This document shows, one piece after another, positions 22,947 to 34,049 of a stretch of 64,000 bases of DNA; positions within the stretch are counted from its first letter, which is position 1; each line of letters opens with the position of its first letter. A model generated the notes under the pieces. It was not told the DNA's origin, made no database searches, and was given only the letters and a program-made list of their open reading frames with translations. The translations under genes and the position numbers were made by a program. The DNA is from Selaginella moellendorffii. Lineage: Eukaryota > Plantae > Lycopodiophyta. Location: NCBI RefSeq assembly GCF_000143415.4, contig NW_003314289.1, positions 1,135,680 through 1,199,679 on the forward strand, read 5' to 3'.

Positions 22947-25900
22947 ATGGCCTTCAGGGTTGGGGAAAAGGTTTACATTTTGAATGGTGGGAAGAGAGTT
23001 GCAAAAGGGACCCTTGTGTCTATGGATCGGAACTTTGTTATACACTGTCAAAGGCTTGGGGAAGGCAATGCTGCTGTATCAGTAGAGACTGTCTTCGATG
23101 GGAATGTGGTCGCTATTGAACGAGGAGAGATGGTCGTCGGGGTAAATGTTGTTGTTGCCTTGAAAAATCTTCAGAAGAAAGCAGATGTTGGGGATAGCGC
23201 AAGTGTGACGCATGTTCCCTCCGTGGATCTTAAGAACCGTGCTACATGGATTCAGGCAAAGGTGTTTCTAAACAACCCCGAGGGGGAGGTGGTAGCTGAG
23301 GGCTTAGCCACAGTTGTCGATCCAAGAGATGCAGTTGCTAATCAAGAATTGGGCTGGGATGATATTGGAGTTGCGATTTTAGAGGTTGTTGACACAGAAG
23401 AAAACAGTCTGACTATTGGAAGCATTGTGCGGTGGAAATTGAGGCACTTAGTGTTTGAGAATGTGAAGGATTCACAATCAAACACCACTACAACTGATGA
23501 CAGAACATCTCTTCATGGGAAAAGAAAGTACACTTTCCTAAAGCGCAGCCAAAGGGATCTGAGCAACGAACCGAAAAGGCAGAAAATGGCGATGGAGGTT
23601 CGAATGGTCTCGACAGTTGCTTGTTGCAAGAGGAGGTGCTGTCAACATGCTGATTGGGATGCTATTGAAGAGGAGAGAGCAAGATATAAGACATTGTCCT
23701 GGAAGGTAGCTCGCAATTTTGTGTATGAGGCATTACGGTCATCTATTGATGCTTCAGAACATCAGGTGGGGGGCATGGTCTTCTAGAGGGGTTTGGTCTG
23801 CATGAAGGCATGGAGAATCATTTATGGAGTCCCTCGAACCACATTCTACAGAATCAAAACTGAGTTCGAGGAACAAAGGGTTCAACAGGCAGTCCATGAG
23901 AACAACGGTACGCACAAAACCAGGGGTCATGTTGTATATGGAGAGGCAATCTTCAAGAGGTTTGTCGAGACATGTAGCGAGCAGCAACCACATAAAACCC
24001 GCCTCTTGGAAGATGGAACACGAGACACCCAACGAGTTCTCCCTTCCATGTATACCAAGGGGGCCATATTGGAAGATGTGAATCGGGAACTCCAGAGTAA
24101 TGGCTACAGGAAGCTGAGCCAATCTAGATTTAGTAGATTGTGGAGCAACAGGTTCAGGGATGTGAGTATAGGAAAGTACTCCAGCTTTTCAAAGTGTGAC
24201 GAGTGCACTGCTATCAAAATGGCTTTGTCGAAGAATTCTTGCAGCGCTCAAGAGCGAGAGACGTTGGTTAGAAAGCGGCTCGACCACAACATCGAGCAGA
24301 GAAGCTGCAGGACTGCATATTATCATAACAGGATTCTCTCCATGGAGAGACCTGACTCTTACCTCTGCATCATCCACGACAAAATGGACCAGAAAAAGAC
24401 GTGCTTACCTCGACTCAATCCTGCCCCCAAGGCAATCTCTTCATCCATGCAGCTGCCTGTGTCTCTGTTTGGCATAATCGCTCATGGGCATGGTGCCCAG
24501 AACTATGGGAACTTCTTTGTACCTCTATGGGGTGGCGGGGGTGCAAACATGATGATTGCGTCCCTAGCAAAACACTTAAGGTCTCTGCAAAGTGCGCAGA
24601 CTGAGCTGAACGGCCAACCCTTGCATAAGGCCCTTGTCGATCGAACCCCATACAGGGTTCAGCTGGAGGAGGAGCAAAGGCTTGCAGTATCGCGTGGGGC
24701 CCCATGCCATCCCAGTGAATATGTTGGCCGTCAGATTGTAGGGTTATCACGTGAGGCCTCATGCCATTCCGACGAGGCTGGTCGCCCGGTGAATGCACAG
24801 CCTCATCCAAACGAAGCAGAATCTCAAGGAAGTTCTTGCGGCCGATGTGGCCTTCCACCCCATCTTCTGCTCCAAACAGACAATGCTGGCAGTGAGAACA
24901 AAAACATGTACGTCTTCGCGTACTTGGCGATGCTTGTTGCCAAAGGCATATTTGAAACGGTTACACTTGGCTTTCTCATGGTTGGGCACACTCATGAAGA
25001 CGTCGATGCCATGTTCAGTCACCTGGCAGAGTCCCTCCGGCGATCCAATGTCCTCACCCTCCCACAACTCTACGATGAATTCCAAAATTGCATCAAAGGC
25101 ATTGTTGAAGCTGCACTTCTGACAGAGGTTCCAGACTTTAAGGGGTTTGTAAGAGGCTACATCAGGGACGGATCCGAAACGCTGATTGGCCACTCCAAGC
25201 CTCTTCAGTTTCATTTCAACATGTGTGACGGTGCTCCAGTGATGAGGTACAAGATGAGAGAATGGGACACAGTGTGGCTGCCAGTGGACGGCATTGAACT
25301 CTTCAAGAGAGATCCCATAACTGGGGAACCTATGATTCCTCAGGGTTCCCCACGGCCGATGCACCCGGATGGACTCAAAGACCAGGAAAGTATAGTGGCC
25401 GGGATTAGACAGCATATTGCCTTCTGGAAGAGGGGGTTGGTGTTTGGTGGAGAATCCTATTTTCAGAGGTGCAAGCCTTTGCTCGAATACTGGGAGAAGA
25501 TTATATCTACTATCCAAAATGGGCCGGTTGTATATGAAGAATTGGAAGAGTCCTTTTGGCCAAAACCTAGAGCACCAGATAGTAGCGGAACAATGTCCTC
25601 TGGAAATGCAGTGACAGATAACAATGTTGAGGATCACTATTGTGGGCCGAGGAACAAGAAGCCGGATTCAACATTCAATCCAGTACAGGTTTGCAAAGGA
25701 ATGGTCGTGCTTGTCAGACCCAGTAATAAAAAACAAATGATATGGGTGGGGCGCTGCATCACTGATGCAGAGGAGGACGCGGAAACTAACTCCTTCAATG
25801 TAACTGTGGAGTGGTTCAAGCCAAGTTCCGGATATACGAACGATTGCCTAGAAAAGAGATGGGTGCTGAATCCAAGGGATCCCAGCATGAGCATATCGGT

Positions 25901-26088
25901 GGATAATGTTGTGCATGGTTGGATGCGGAAGCAGAGTGCCACCATCACCTTGCCAGACCATGCAAGAGATGCAGCAAGAGCATTCATAACCCGGGTTCAA
26001 GGTGAGATTCATGAATATTCCTTTACTAAGTTTCTAATGTATTTTATTTCAAGGTGAACAATCCGAATCTGAATCAGAGGAGGCGTGA
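22947..26088 (+). CDS. Sola-like DDD transposase (about 1,030 aa) with two N-terminal En/Spm Tnp1-like repeats and a C-terminal Tudor/BAH-like segment; one in-frame TAG at 23784-23786
   Basis: ORFs 22947-23786 and 23793-26057 are in the same frame. Motifs: CCKRRCC, VCMKAWRIIYGV, FSKCDEC, IIHDKMDQKK, LQTDNAGSENKN, FLMVGHTHEDVDAMFS. A terminal intron 26002-26053 gives the last exon GEQSESESEEA* ending at 26088. Confidence 0.85.
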
Positions 26089-26726
26089 TGGCATGTGGCC
26101 TTACGCTATTCCTAGGTGAGATGATACAAATAACAAGTATAAATTCTTAGTTGTTCTAGCAAATCTTACTTAAAGTTCAAGGTGAACAAGCCGAATATGA
26201 ATTCATCGGATTGTTATAACAAATTGCGAGGTGATGGCATGAGGCGATACGCCATTTGAGAGTGGTAACCATTCCTATATGAGGTGAGTGAAGTATTTAT
26301 TAGAAATACCTCATTCAATTGTGCACTTCTAAGTCTTGGTCCACTTAGTACTGTTTGCATGTTTTTATTTTAATTCTTTCTCTAAAATGTTATTTAGCAT
26401 GTGGCTTCATGCCATTGCTCTCCACAATCATGCATTGAATTTCTATCCTTGCATAATACTTCTCCATATATATAGCATGTGCGCACATGTGATATGGTTC
26501 ATTAGGCCTGATATAGTGTGTGAGGTAAAACAAAGATGATGTGACATATGCATTTACCAATCACACGTGCATAAATCTAATAATATGGCGTGTGGCCCAT
26601 ATTAATGGCACATAAACCCATATTGTGGGCTTACGTGCTTTATGTACCATCATTCCCTTGCAGCGAGTGTGTTGGTTTCCTTTTATAACACAACGAACTC
26701 CATATTTTAGGGTGAAGAGCGTTCTC

Positions 26727-26984
26727 ATGGCAAGCACAAAATCTGTAAGTGAGGCAGAAAAGGAGACGGAGAAGGAGATAGGTGAAGATGTAGAATATAT
26801 AAGTCTTCCAAACTCCCCGTACTATACTCCAGGTGATCATTTTTCTGAACAAACGGCAACATTAACAACTATCGAGAACGCCCCAGTAACGTCAGAGATA
26901 ACAATCCAAAGCAAAACAACTGACCCGGAGAAGGATGATAGTACCGCTGAGAGTACCAAAAAGGAGGTGTCCACTAGCGCTTAG
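26727..26984 (+). CDS. Short acidic Ser/Thr-rich ORF (85 aa) inside the transposon; possibly a downstream exon
   Basis: MASTKSVSEAEKETEKEIGEDVEYISLPNSPYYTP... has protein-like composition and is preceded by a TTTTAG acceptor at 26710. Confidence 0.3.
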   Translation: MASTKSVSEAEKETEKEIGEDVEYISLPNSPYYTPGDHFSEQTATLTTIENAPVTSEITIQSKTTDPEKDDSTAESTKKEVSTSA

Positions 26985-27620
26985 GCTTATAATGGCGTGT
27001 GCCCTCATGCCATTTACTTGATCACCAAATACCTTTTTCCCTTTGCACAAGTATATCTTAATACCGGTCTGAGAAATAGAATGGCATGTGCCCTCAGGCC
27101 TTTTACTAAATCACCTTTGAAAGAAATGCAAGCCTCTATGTCGTAAAAAAAAGGTACTAGAGAAATTCCTTAATAATATGAATGTTATTTAGTTTCATGA
27201 AAATACACTAAGGGTCAAATGAGTTAAATGACTTCTCCAGACTAGCAATGCCTCTTGCTACACCTTCACAATTAGATTCGTTAGAAAAAGATAACATTGA
27301 ATAATATCTAAATGTTCTCACCATTAAGTTATATATCTGGCTAATAGGAATGACGTTCATCTTGGAAAGCTCACCACACGCTCAATGAACAAACAAATAG
27401 TGTGTGCGCGCATGCCATCGTTCTTCTTTAGCTTCAGATTCGGCTTGTTCACCTTGACAATGAGATTTATTATACAACCAGATGGACTCAGTCTGGACAT
27501 AAAGTCACCGCACTAGTCACCATGCCCCAGATATGTCTAGCCCCTGGACAAAAAACATATAATTTCACGTCATTTTCAAATACTTGAAAATTTGTACCTA
27601 GTCCCATTTTACTGAATAAA

Positions 27621-27644
27621 TCCCACTTTAACGAAATAGAGCAT
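27621..27644 (-). repeat. Right terminal inverted repeat
   Basis: TCCCACTTTAACGAAATAGAGCAT; reverse complement ATGCTCTATTTCGTTAAAGTGGGA. Confidence 0.9.
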
Positions 27645-30569
27645 ATTACCCTTTTCTAGAAAGATGACATTTATGCCTTTCTTCTATAATATTATGCTAG
27701 GTAGCAGTTTACACCTTGCATTTTGTTAAACTCTATAAGAGTAGTGAGCTCTTACTAATACTAACTTAGTCTTGATGGCCTTGCACTTTAGCTGAGGATG
27801 GTGATGTTTAGCCTAGTTGTTTGAAGTTGAGGTGTTAATACTTATATTATAGCTTTGTTTATGAGGAGGTTATGTACCAGAGTCTATCTCATAGTCTTTA
27901 CTATAGTTTCAACTAAATGTTGATCATGCATAATTAGCATCTTCAAGGCATGCTCAGAGTTGTTAGCTAAATGCATTAGTGAGTTTATTGCAGTTGAGTT
28001 GGATTCAAGTGGTCATTTAGTTCATGCTTATCTATGAACCTTTATCTTATATCTAGGGTATTACATTCATATTGGACAAGTATATGACTCGATGGCATAA
28101 GTTTAGTGTTTGAGTTTTATGAAGGGCAAGTTAAAGAATGATTATTGGTTGTTTTGCAACTAGTAATTACTTGTAGATTTTGTCGAGGAACGTTAACACT
28201 TGCTTCACTTGATGATGATTTAGTGGTGATAGGTTTACTTTACTGGATGGTGTTACGGAGGATCGTGTCATTAAACTTGCATAATTTTTCCATGTTAGCA
28301 TATCGATTCTACCTTTGTCGATATCATTTAGTTATGTTTAGTCTATGGTGTTAGATTTCATTGAGTTGTGGACATGGTGAATCACTCCTTGATGATGTGT
28401 TATTTATAACTAAATATTGTTGAAGGATTGATTTTAGATACTGACTAAGGTATCTTCAACTTTTTGTAGCTTGATTGTTAGAGAGCTTTGAGTGATGATT
28501 CACTCTTGTTTTCTTTTAGCTTTATTCTAGTGTTGATGGTATTAAAGTGATTTTTTGTCATTGATATTATTGATGTGGAGATTCAAGTGAAATAAGATGT
28601 CTCTCTGTAAGATTGATATTAAGTTTCATTAGTCTTGATGCAAATAATATTAATACTTAGGCTATAGCTTTGTGTTATTAGCATTTGTGCAATTGCTAGT
28701 TAGCAACTATATTGGCAATCAAACAAATTGAGTAGTAGTTAAGTTAATTGTATCTTAGAAAGTTGTTTAATAGAGGTTGAGTTTTAAGCTTTTCCTTGAA
28801 AAATGATTCAATTATGGATTATACTAACTTTAAGAGAGGAAGAGTTAGTGATCGATAATGAAGATGTTAATTCCTTGTTGGATTTAAGTTAGGGATATAT
28901 CAATCATTGATGATTCTTTTCATGTTTGTTACAAGTGAGTTACGTTTGGTTGTAAATGAATTCATAAAGGATCGTTTGATGATCACTTGTTAAGCATATC
29001 TTCGTTGTGCTTAACTTTTGGATTGATGCAAACATATTTTTCATTAGCTTTGGCATTATGAAGTATAGCTTTTAAATGTGTTGAGAAGGATATTATGTTG
29101 TATTATAATTTCTTCTTTAGTATTGAAGTTAGTTCATATGAGACTCATGATCATTGTTATGCAAGACTTGGCTATAAACTTCTTCAAACTTTTAGTTCTT
29201 TAAGTTTTATACTCATTGTTTCATTTGTTAAAAGTTGTTAGGGAAGGTATTTTAGTTTATTATCTTTAATGTTAAAGGTAGTATTTGCATCTAGCAATCA
29301 TTGATGATGGATGACTATCATCTTGGGATAGTTTATTGTTCTCGTTAAGAGTTTTACCTAGTTGTTGTTGGTGATGAATGATTTGCTATACTTTGGGATA
29401 ATGGATTATTTCTTTGATAATGATTATGCATGTTTCTAATGATGAGATGATTAATGATCTTTCATGATAGTTAGTTGTTCTCATTGATAGCTTTTGGCTT
29501 TTTGCAATACCATATATTCTTGTGGTTTGCTCTAGATTGGTCTCTTGAGTTTGAGACATCGGTAGGATGTTACTGAAGTTTGTTTAAGCAACTTTAGTTC
29601 TTCATATTATTGACCAAGATCTATTCAAATTGGCTAATGTGATAGTTAGCATGAACATTGTGTTTGTTAGTTTTTGCAATGTTTATTTTGTTCTATTAAC
29701 CATTGCTATAGTTGGTTCTGATAGATTGGATATTATTTCTTTTAGATGATAAATTCGTAAGTATTTGATTTGTCAGTCGATGATACTTTATGTTCTTTTA
29801 GATGTCTTTTATAAGTTGTTTGGTATGTTATTTGCAATCTTTAATAATTAAGTTTTATCATTAAGTTTTCTTTATGATACATTAGCTATTGAATTTGCTG
29901 GATGATGAATTCTAAGTTTTCCAATTATGATGATCTTGGCCTATACTATAATTCTCATCTATCAAATAATAACTTAGAATACTTTTGTGTTCTAATCTAA
30001 GATTTATTCACTAATACTTAAGTCTCTAATATATCATTGTTTATGACTTTAATATTGTCCATCTATTGATCTTTGGGTTTAGGCCAGTATAAGCAAATTG
30101 GCTTCAACACTTTGTGTTCATGGTAAAATCTTTAGTTATAGGGTTAGCTATTATCGACTGGTCACATCACCTACCTCTCTCTTGATGTTCTTTATTTTGT
30201 TAAAAAGGGCGTGATCATAATTACCTATTTATAATCTATTTAAACCTTACTGATAAGTTTGGTTTCTTTGCTCAACAGGGTTAGGGCCATGCCATATGTG
30301 GGTAAGGGCTATTACTCTTTTGTAAACTGGGTAACACCTAGAGCAGCAAAGGTGGCTAACTCTATTAGTCATTTTTTTGTCGGCAATGGCCAGAAGGTGT
30401 TTGAGTGTAGTGCATTTGCATCAGACAAAGAGGTTACCTTAACTTATTTAAATTGGTGTATTTCTCACAAAGTGTGAATACCGTGAACTTTTTCTAGAGT
30501 TATTTCCTTTGCGGTATTCTAAACTAGAGTATGTATTGACGAGAACGTCAATCTTCCCTGGGGGGAGAG

Positions 30570-31696
30570 TGTCGCAAATGTGGCTTTGGGTATTGAAAGT
30601 TATTTGTCCACTAGTTCTTTTGGATGTTCTATTACAATGGCAAAAAGTTGGTATTGCTGAACCCTTTATCAGTCCCTTTTGTGTTAGTGAAGTTAACTAG
30701 GCATTTTGAGTATACTTAGACCAAACGAGCATAAAGACGAAATTCCTACATGCAATTAGCTAAGCATATTTAACCTAGTAAAGAGTTCCCGTCTTATTCT
30801 ATCTTGCACTAGCTAGTGACAAGAACCCTTGCGTATTGAGACTAATCCCTTAATATCGCTAGATGATAGCTTACTGTGTCTGCTAAACACCCTCGCTATC
30901 ATACACTTTGTATTAGTTTCATTTGGTCCCAATTACTATTTATAGTAAATGTCTAAATTTGCTAATTTCGTATATCTATGGAATGTAGATATTGTCTTGA
31001 ACATAATAATGTTTATCCCGTGTTCAAATTCACAATTTAGCACCATTCCATATTTATTAAGTCTTGAGTTAGTCCCAGAGATTAACTCTTAGTAGTAAGG
31101 ATGGCTAAGGGAGAAAGCCCAAAGTGTGCATTCCTCAAAAGGGGGTTATAAAGGGTTTTAAATATATAGTAGAGATAATGGGTAAGTTGAGTATAACTAA
31201 CTAACTTGAGGCATAATTTAGCTTCTGTTTACGTGCCTATCTTTATTTTGCATCAAACTTGGGTTTAAACCCAAATTTCACACCATACTAGTTGATGGAG
31301 TACATATCCTTGCGTTATGCCACTAATATGCTAAAATAGCGTCAAACTCCATTTGGCTTTGTTTTGTATATTAATCCTAGCATTAGGATAGATATTCTAA
31401 GATTATTCCAAGTCACTCAATGCTTTTGTCCTTTTGCTTTTTAGGCTGTACATTTGGGAGTTGCTTTATGCTTCAGTTCCTTTGTTCTTTAACTCCATGC
31501 TTAATAGTTTGGCTCCATTCCTTTATTTAGTGGCCCAAGGCTTTGAAACTTAGGTTCCATTTTGCTATCCTTGGACATGTGGTATATAGCATGTGGCATG
31601 TGACATGTGGCACATAAAGGAGGGTTTAAGTTCCACTTCGTAGTTATCCTATAGTTAATGACCATAGGGTAAAGGGTAAAAACCACATATGCTACA
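30570..31696 (+). repeat. Family B 3' LTR
   Basis: TGTCGCAAAT...ATATGCTACA, preceded by a PPT; homologous to 6742-7405, 9889-10978 and 10980-11419. Confidence 0.75.
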
Positions 31697-32058
31697 ATAT
31701 TAATCTTTCAAAAGTATGATATTGTAGCGTGTAGCGAAAGTAATACATGGATTGTTATTTCTTGAGAGGAATTAATCTCTTAAACTTGGTTAATCAATTC
31801 ACTCTGACTTAAACTTCCTTTGAGTCTTTTGATAAATATGTAATTTTATTACTGTTGTGAAATAGATAAGTATAGCTTTTCTTTTGGAGCCTTCACTTGC
31901 TGATAACTCTATATATTTGACAATACTCCAAAAAAGTTTCTTTATGAATTTTCAATAAAAGTTTATATTTTCCTCTTCAAAAGTGATTACCAGCCTCTAG
32001 GCAGAATAATGGACAAGGCTGATTAACTTATCACCTTGATGAAGATAAATAACCATTT

Positions 32059-32080
32059 TATATATATATATATATATATA
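32059..32080. repeat. (TA)11 microsatellite
   Basis: Direct reading of the sequence. Confidence 0.9.
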
Positions 32081-32469
32081 ACCATACCATTATTGCAAAG
32101 ATCCATCCAAATATAGTAATTGCTTACATCTTATCATAAATTAGTCACGAGCATTTAACCAAAAGACAAAGAATTTATGTTTGATTAGGGATTGGGAATT
32201 GGGAGTTTTTCCAAATTCCATAATCTTAAATTCAGCTAACAATTACAAGCACATTAACGCTACACAGAGTTGGAGTGCCCCCCCCTCCCCCCCCTCTTTT
32301 CTATGTTATCTCGTACTATGCTCTTCTGCACTGTATTGACAAAGTAAGTTAGCCAACATTAATATGTACACCAGACTTGAAGATGTTGCAGAAGAATGAG
32401 AGTAAGCAAAACGCTACATCAATAAGGTAATTTTACTTTCTAAAACTCAAACGGATTCAGAGTCCGTAC

Positions 32470-33016
32470 AAGCCATATTACATGTTCTAAATCCATGGGA
32501 GTGGTCAGACTGCAGGTAAGGCCACCTTCTATGCTTATTTATACCAAACTTTTCTATTACCTTTGCAGCAATTATATCAGTCGAATCTACAGCATTAAAG
32601 ATATTCGAAAATCCATGCTACCTTTGTACACGAAGCTAGTCACGGCCGCCTGAGTATTTGGAGCTTTGGTCTTTTATATCTTGTATTATAATTTCTTTTG
32701 TTCCTAACAGTGGTGTTATTCCAACCATAGGCACTCGAAGATGGGTGAGGGCTCTCAATCTCACTATCTAAGTCCCTTGGAACTCCAAGGAAGAGTAAGT
32801 ATAAGTTTCAAACATTAGAAACCAAACGTTAAGGTGGGACGATGGGCTGAAGTTTACGACGGTTTGACTTTCGCTGCAGTGCATCGAGCAGGACATATGG
32901 TACTGAGTACACAGTCACAACGAGGACTCGATTTTAAGGCTTTCTCTCTGGAAACCCACCACCGCGCTTTCACAAACAAGGATCTACGTAAAAAAACAAC
33001 CTGCAAAACTTTCTAA
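32470..33016 (+). pseudogene. Serine carboxypeptidase-like (peptidase S10) 3' remnant
   Basis: Exon fragments read EWSDC, SMLPLYTKLV, VIPTIGTRRWVRALNLT*, and GRWAEVYDGLTFAAVHRAGHMV (catalytic His region). Stops and frameshifts are present. Confidence 0.75.
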
Positions 33017-33059
33017 AGAATAAATTCTTGGTGCTGGGGTTTCATTCATAACGTTCTTC

Positions 33060-33790
33060 TAGCTACCAAGTATAGAGAACGTTTGGAGCTCAATCGACTT
33101 CTCCAGATCTTGAGAAGCCATCAAGGAATCAGCAAGGACATACCAGGTGTGTTTTGGAGAGTTCTGCAACAAGCTAAGTTGTCTCAAAGACGGGAAATGG
33201 CTCCATGGTCTTGTTTCCAGTTCCCGCTTTTGGATTGGATCAAACACATTTTGGAAACACACTCTTAAGTCTATATAGCAAGTGTGGGGCGATCCAGGAG
33301 GCTTTACAAGTTAGTATGGAGCAGAGAAATGTTGGTGATGATCTCGGCATTTGCCATTTGATGAGGCATAATTGCTTCACTCGGCTCTGACGTTCGTAGA
33401 CACGGACTTAGTCTTTGGAAACTTGCTCACCAACTTATGAGAAGTGTGGATGTCTCCGGAAAGTGTTTGAGCGGATGATCGTGTCTCCTGGACGTGGATG
33501 GTGGCCATGCACGCTCAACACGGTGATTGCCAGAAATCGTGGTTTTTGGAAAGATGTAGCAAGGTGGCGTCAAGGCACTTTCACGGTGGTTTTGTTTGCA
33601 TGTTCGCTGGAGCGAGTTTGGGATAGAACCCTCGAGAGATCACTACACTTGCATGGTTGATCTCTTGGGACGGGCTGGGAGAGTGTTGACGATCGAATTC
33701 CTCGACTAGCAAGCCGGATCTAGCTGTGCTCTTGAATTCGTGTAGGAGTTTTGCGGATTGAGGATAAAGGATTGCCGGCGGCGTGCTCGA
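33060..33790 (+). pseudogene. PLS-class pentatricopeptide repeat gene remnant
   Basis: Fragments FGNTLLSLYSKCGAIQEALQV, YEKCGCLRKVFERM and DRVSWTWMVAMHAQHG occur in shifting frames. Confidence 0.7.
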
Positions 33791-34049
33791 CAGCTACTTA
33801 CAAATTCGCAACTTTAAAGTTTATTGTTCCATAGGATTGGTGTGGCGATCTACGGCTGTGGTAGTTTATCTATACGCCACGTGGCGGTTCCTTATTGGCA
33901 TTATTTTGAGGAATCAAACGGATATGCTTCGCCATGGCGGAAGAATAGGTCGGTCTGGAGGAGACGCTGGTCATCCAACGCAATGCGCCCGTCTGGATTG
34001 AGGATCTACCGGTAAGGAAGGATATCACAGCTCCCTCTTCGCGCCGACA

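Larger units (their letters stand above)
14039..27418. repeat. Dispersed 22-bp spaced palindrome ATGGCRTG-N6-CAYGCCAT, about 30 copies confined to the transposon
   Basis: Copies start at about 14039, 14331, 15408, 15483, 16725, 16916, 17057, 18529, 19806, 19866, 19943, 20722, 20857, 21016, 21095, 21952, 22024, 22060, 22675, 22773, 22843, 24689, 24746, 26088, 26234, 26394, 26472, 26585, 26992, 27081 and 27397. Some are degenerate in one arm. Confidence 0.92.
13945..27644 (+). mobile_element. 13.7-kb cut-and-paste DNA transposon, Sola-like (probably Sola1), with a large cargo gene
   Basis: Left end AAGCTCTATTTCGTTAAAGTGGGA and right end TCCCACTTTAACGAAATAGAGCAT form a 24-bp TIR with one mismatch (22-bp perfect core). 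ATTA flanks both ends (13941-13944 and 27645-27648). A DDD transposase lies inside. A 4-bp TSD and this transposase type are consistent with the Sola superfamily. Confidence 0.85.
10980..31696 (+). mobile_element. Old decayed LTR retrotransposon (family B LTRs, probably Ty1/copia), host of the DNA transposon
   Basis: Partial 5' LTR ends ...ATATGCTACA at 11419, followed by PBS TGGTATCAAAAG at 11422. PPT GGGGGGAGAG (30560-30569) precedes a 3' LTR 30570-31696 ending ATATGCTACA. The AT-rich interior has only faint coding traces, such as HCYARLGY near 29150 resembling the gag-pre-integrase WHARLGH. Confidence 0.55.

Noticed and set aside
24759-25637. 292-aa antisense ORF, and other shadow ORFs opposite PTAC16, PUM and ATG1
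   Set aside because: They lie antisense to well-supported coding sequence and have no motifs.
14039-27418. Dispersed palindromes as a CRISPR array
   Set aside because: Spacing is irregular (36 bp to more than 1.8 kb), copies lie inside exons and introns, there are no cas genes, and the context is eukaryotic.
13945-27644. CACTA, Mutator or hAT classification of the DNA transposon
   Set aside because: The termini are not CACTA, the TSD is 4 bp rather than 3, 8 or 9 bp, and the catalytic motifs (DxMDQ, DN..ENKN, GHTHEDVD) do not match those superfamilies.
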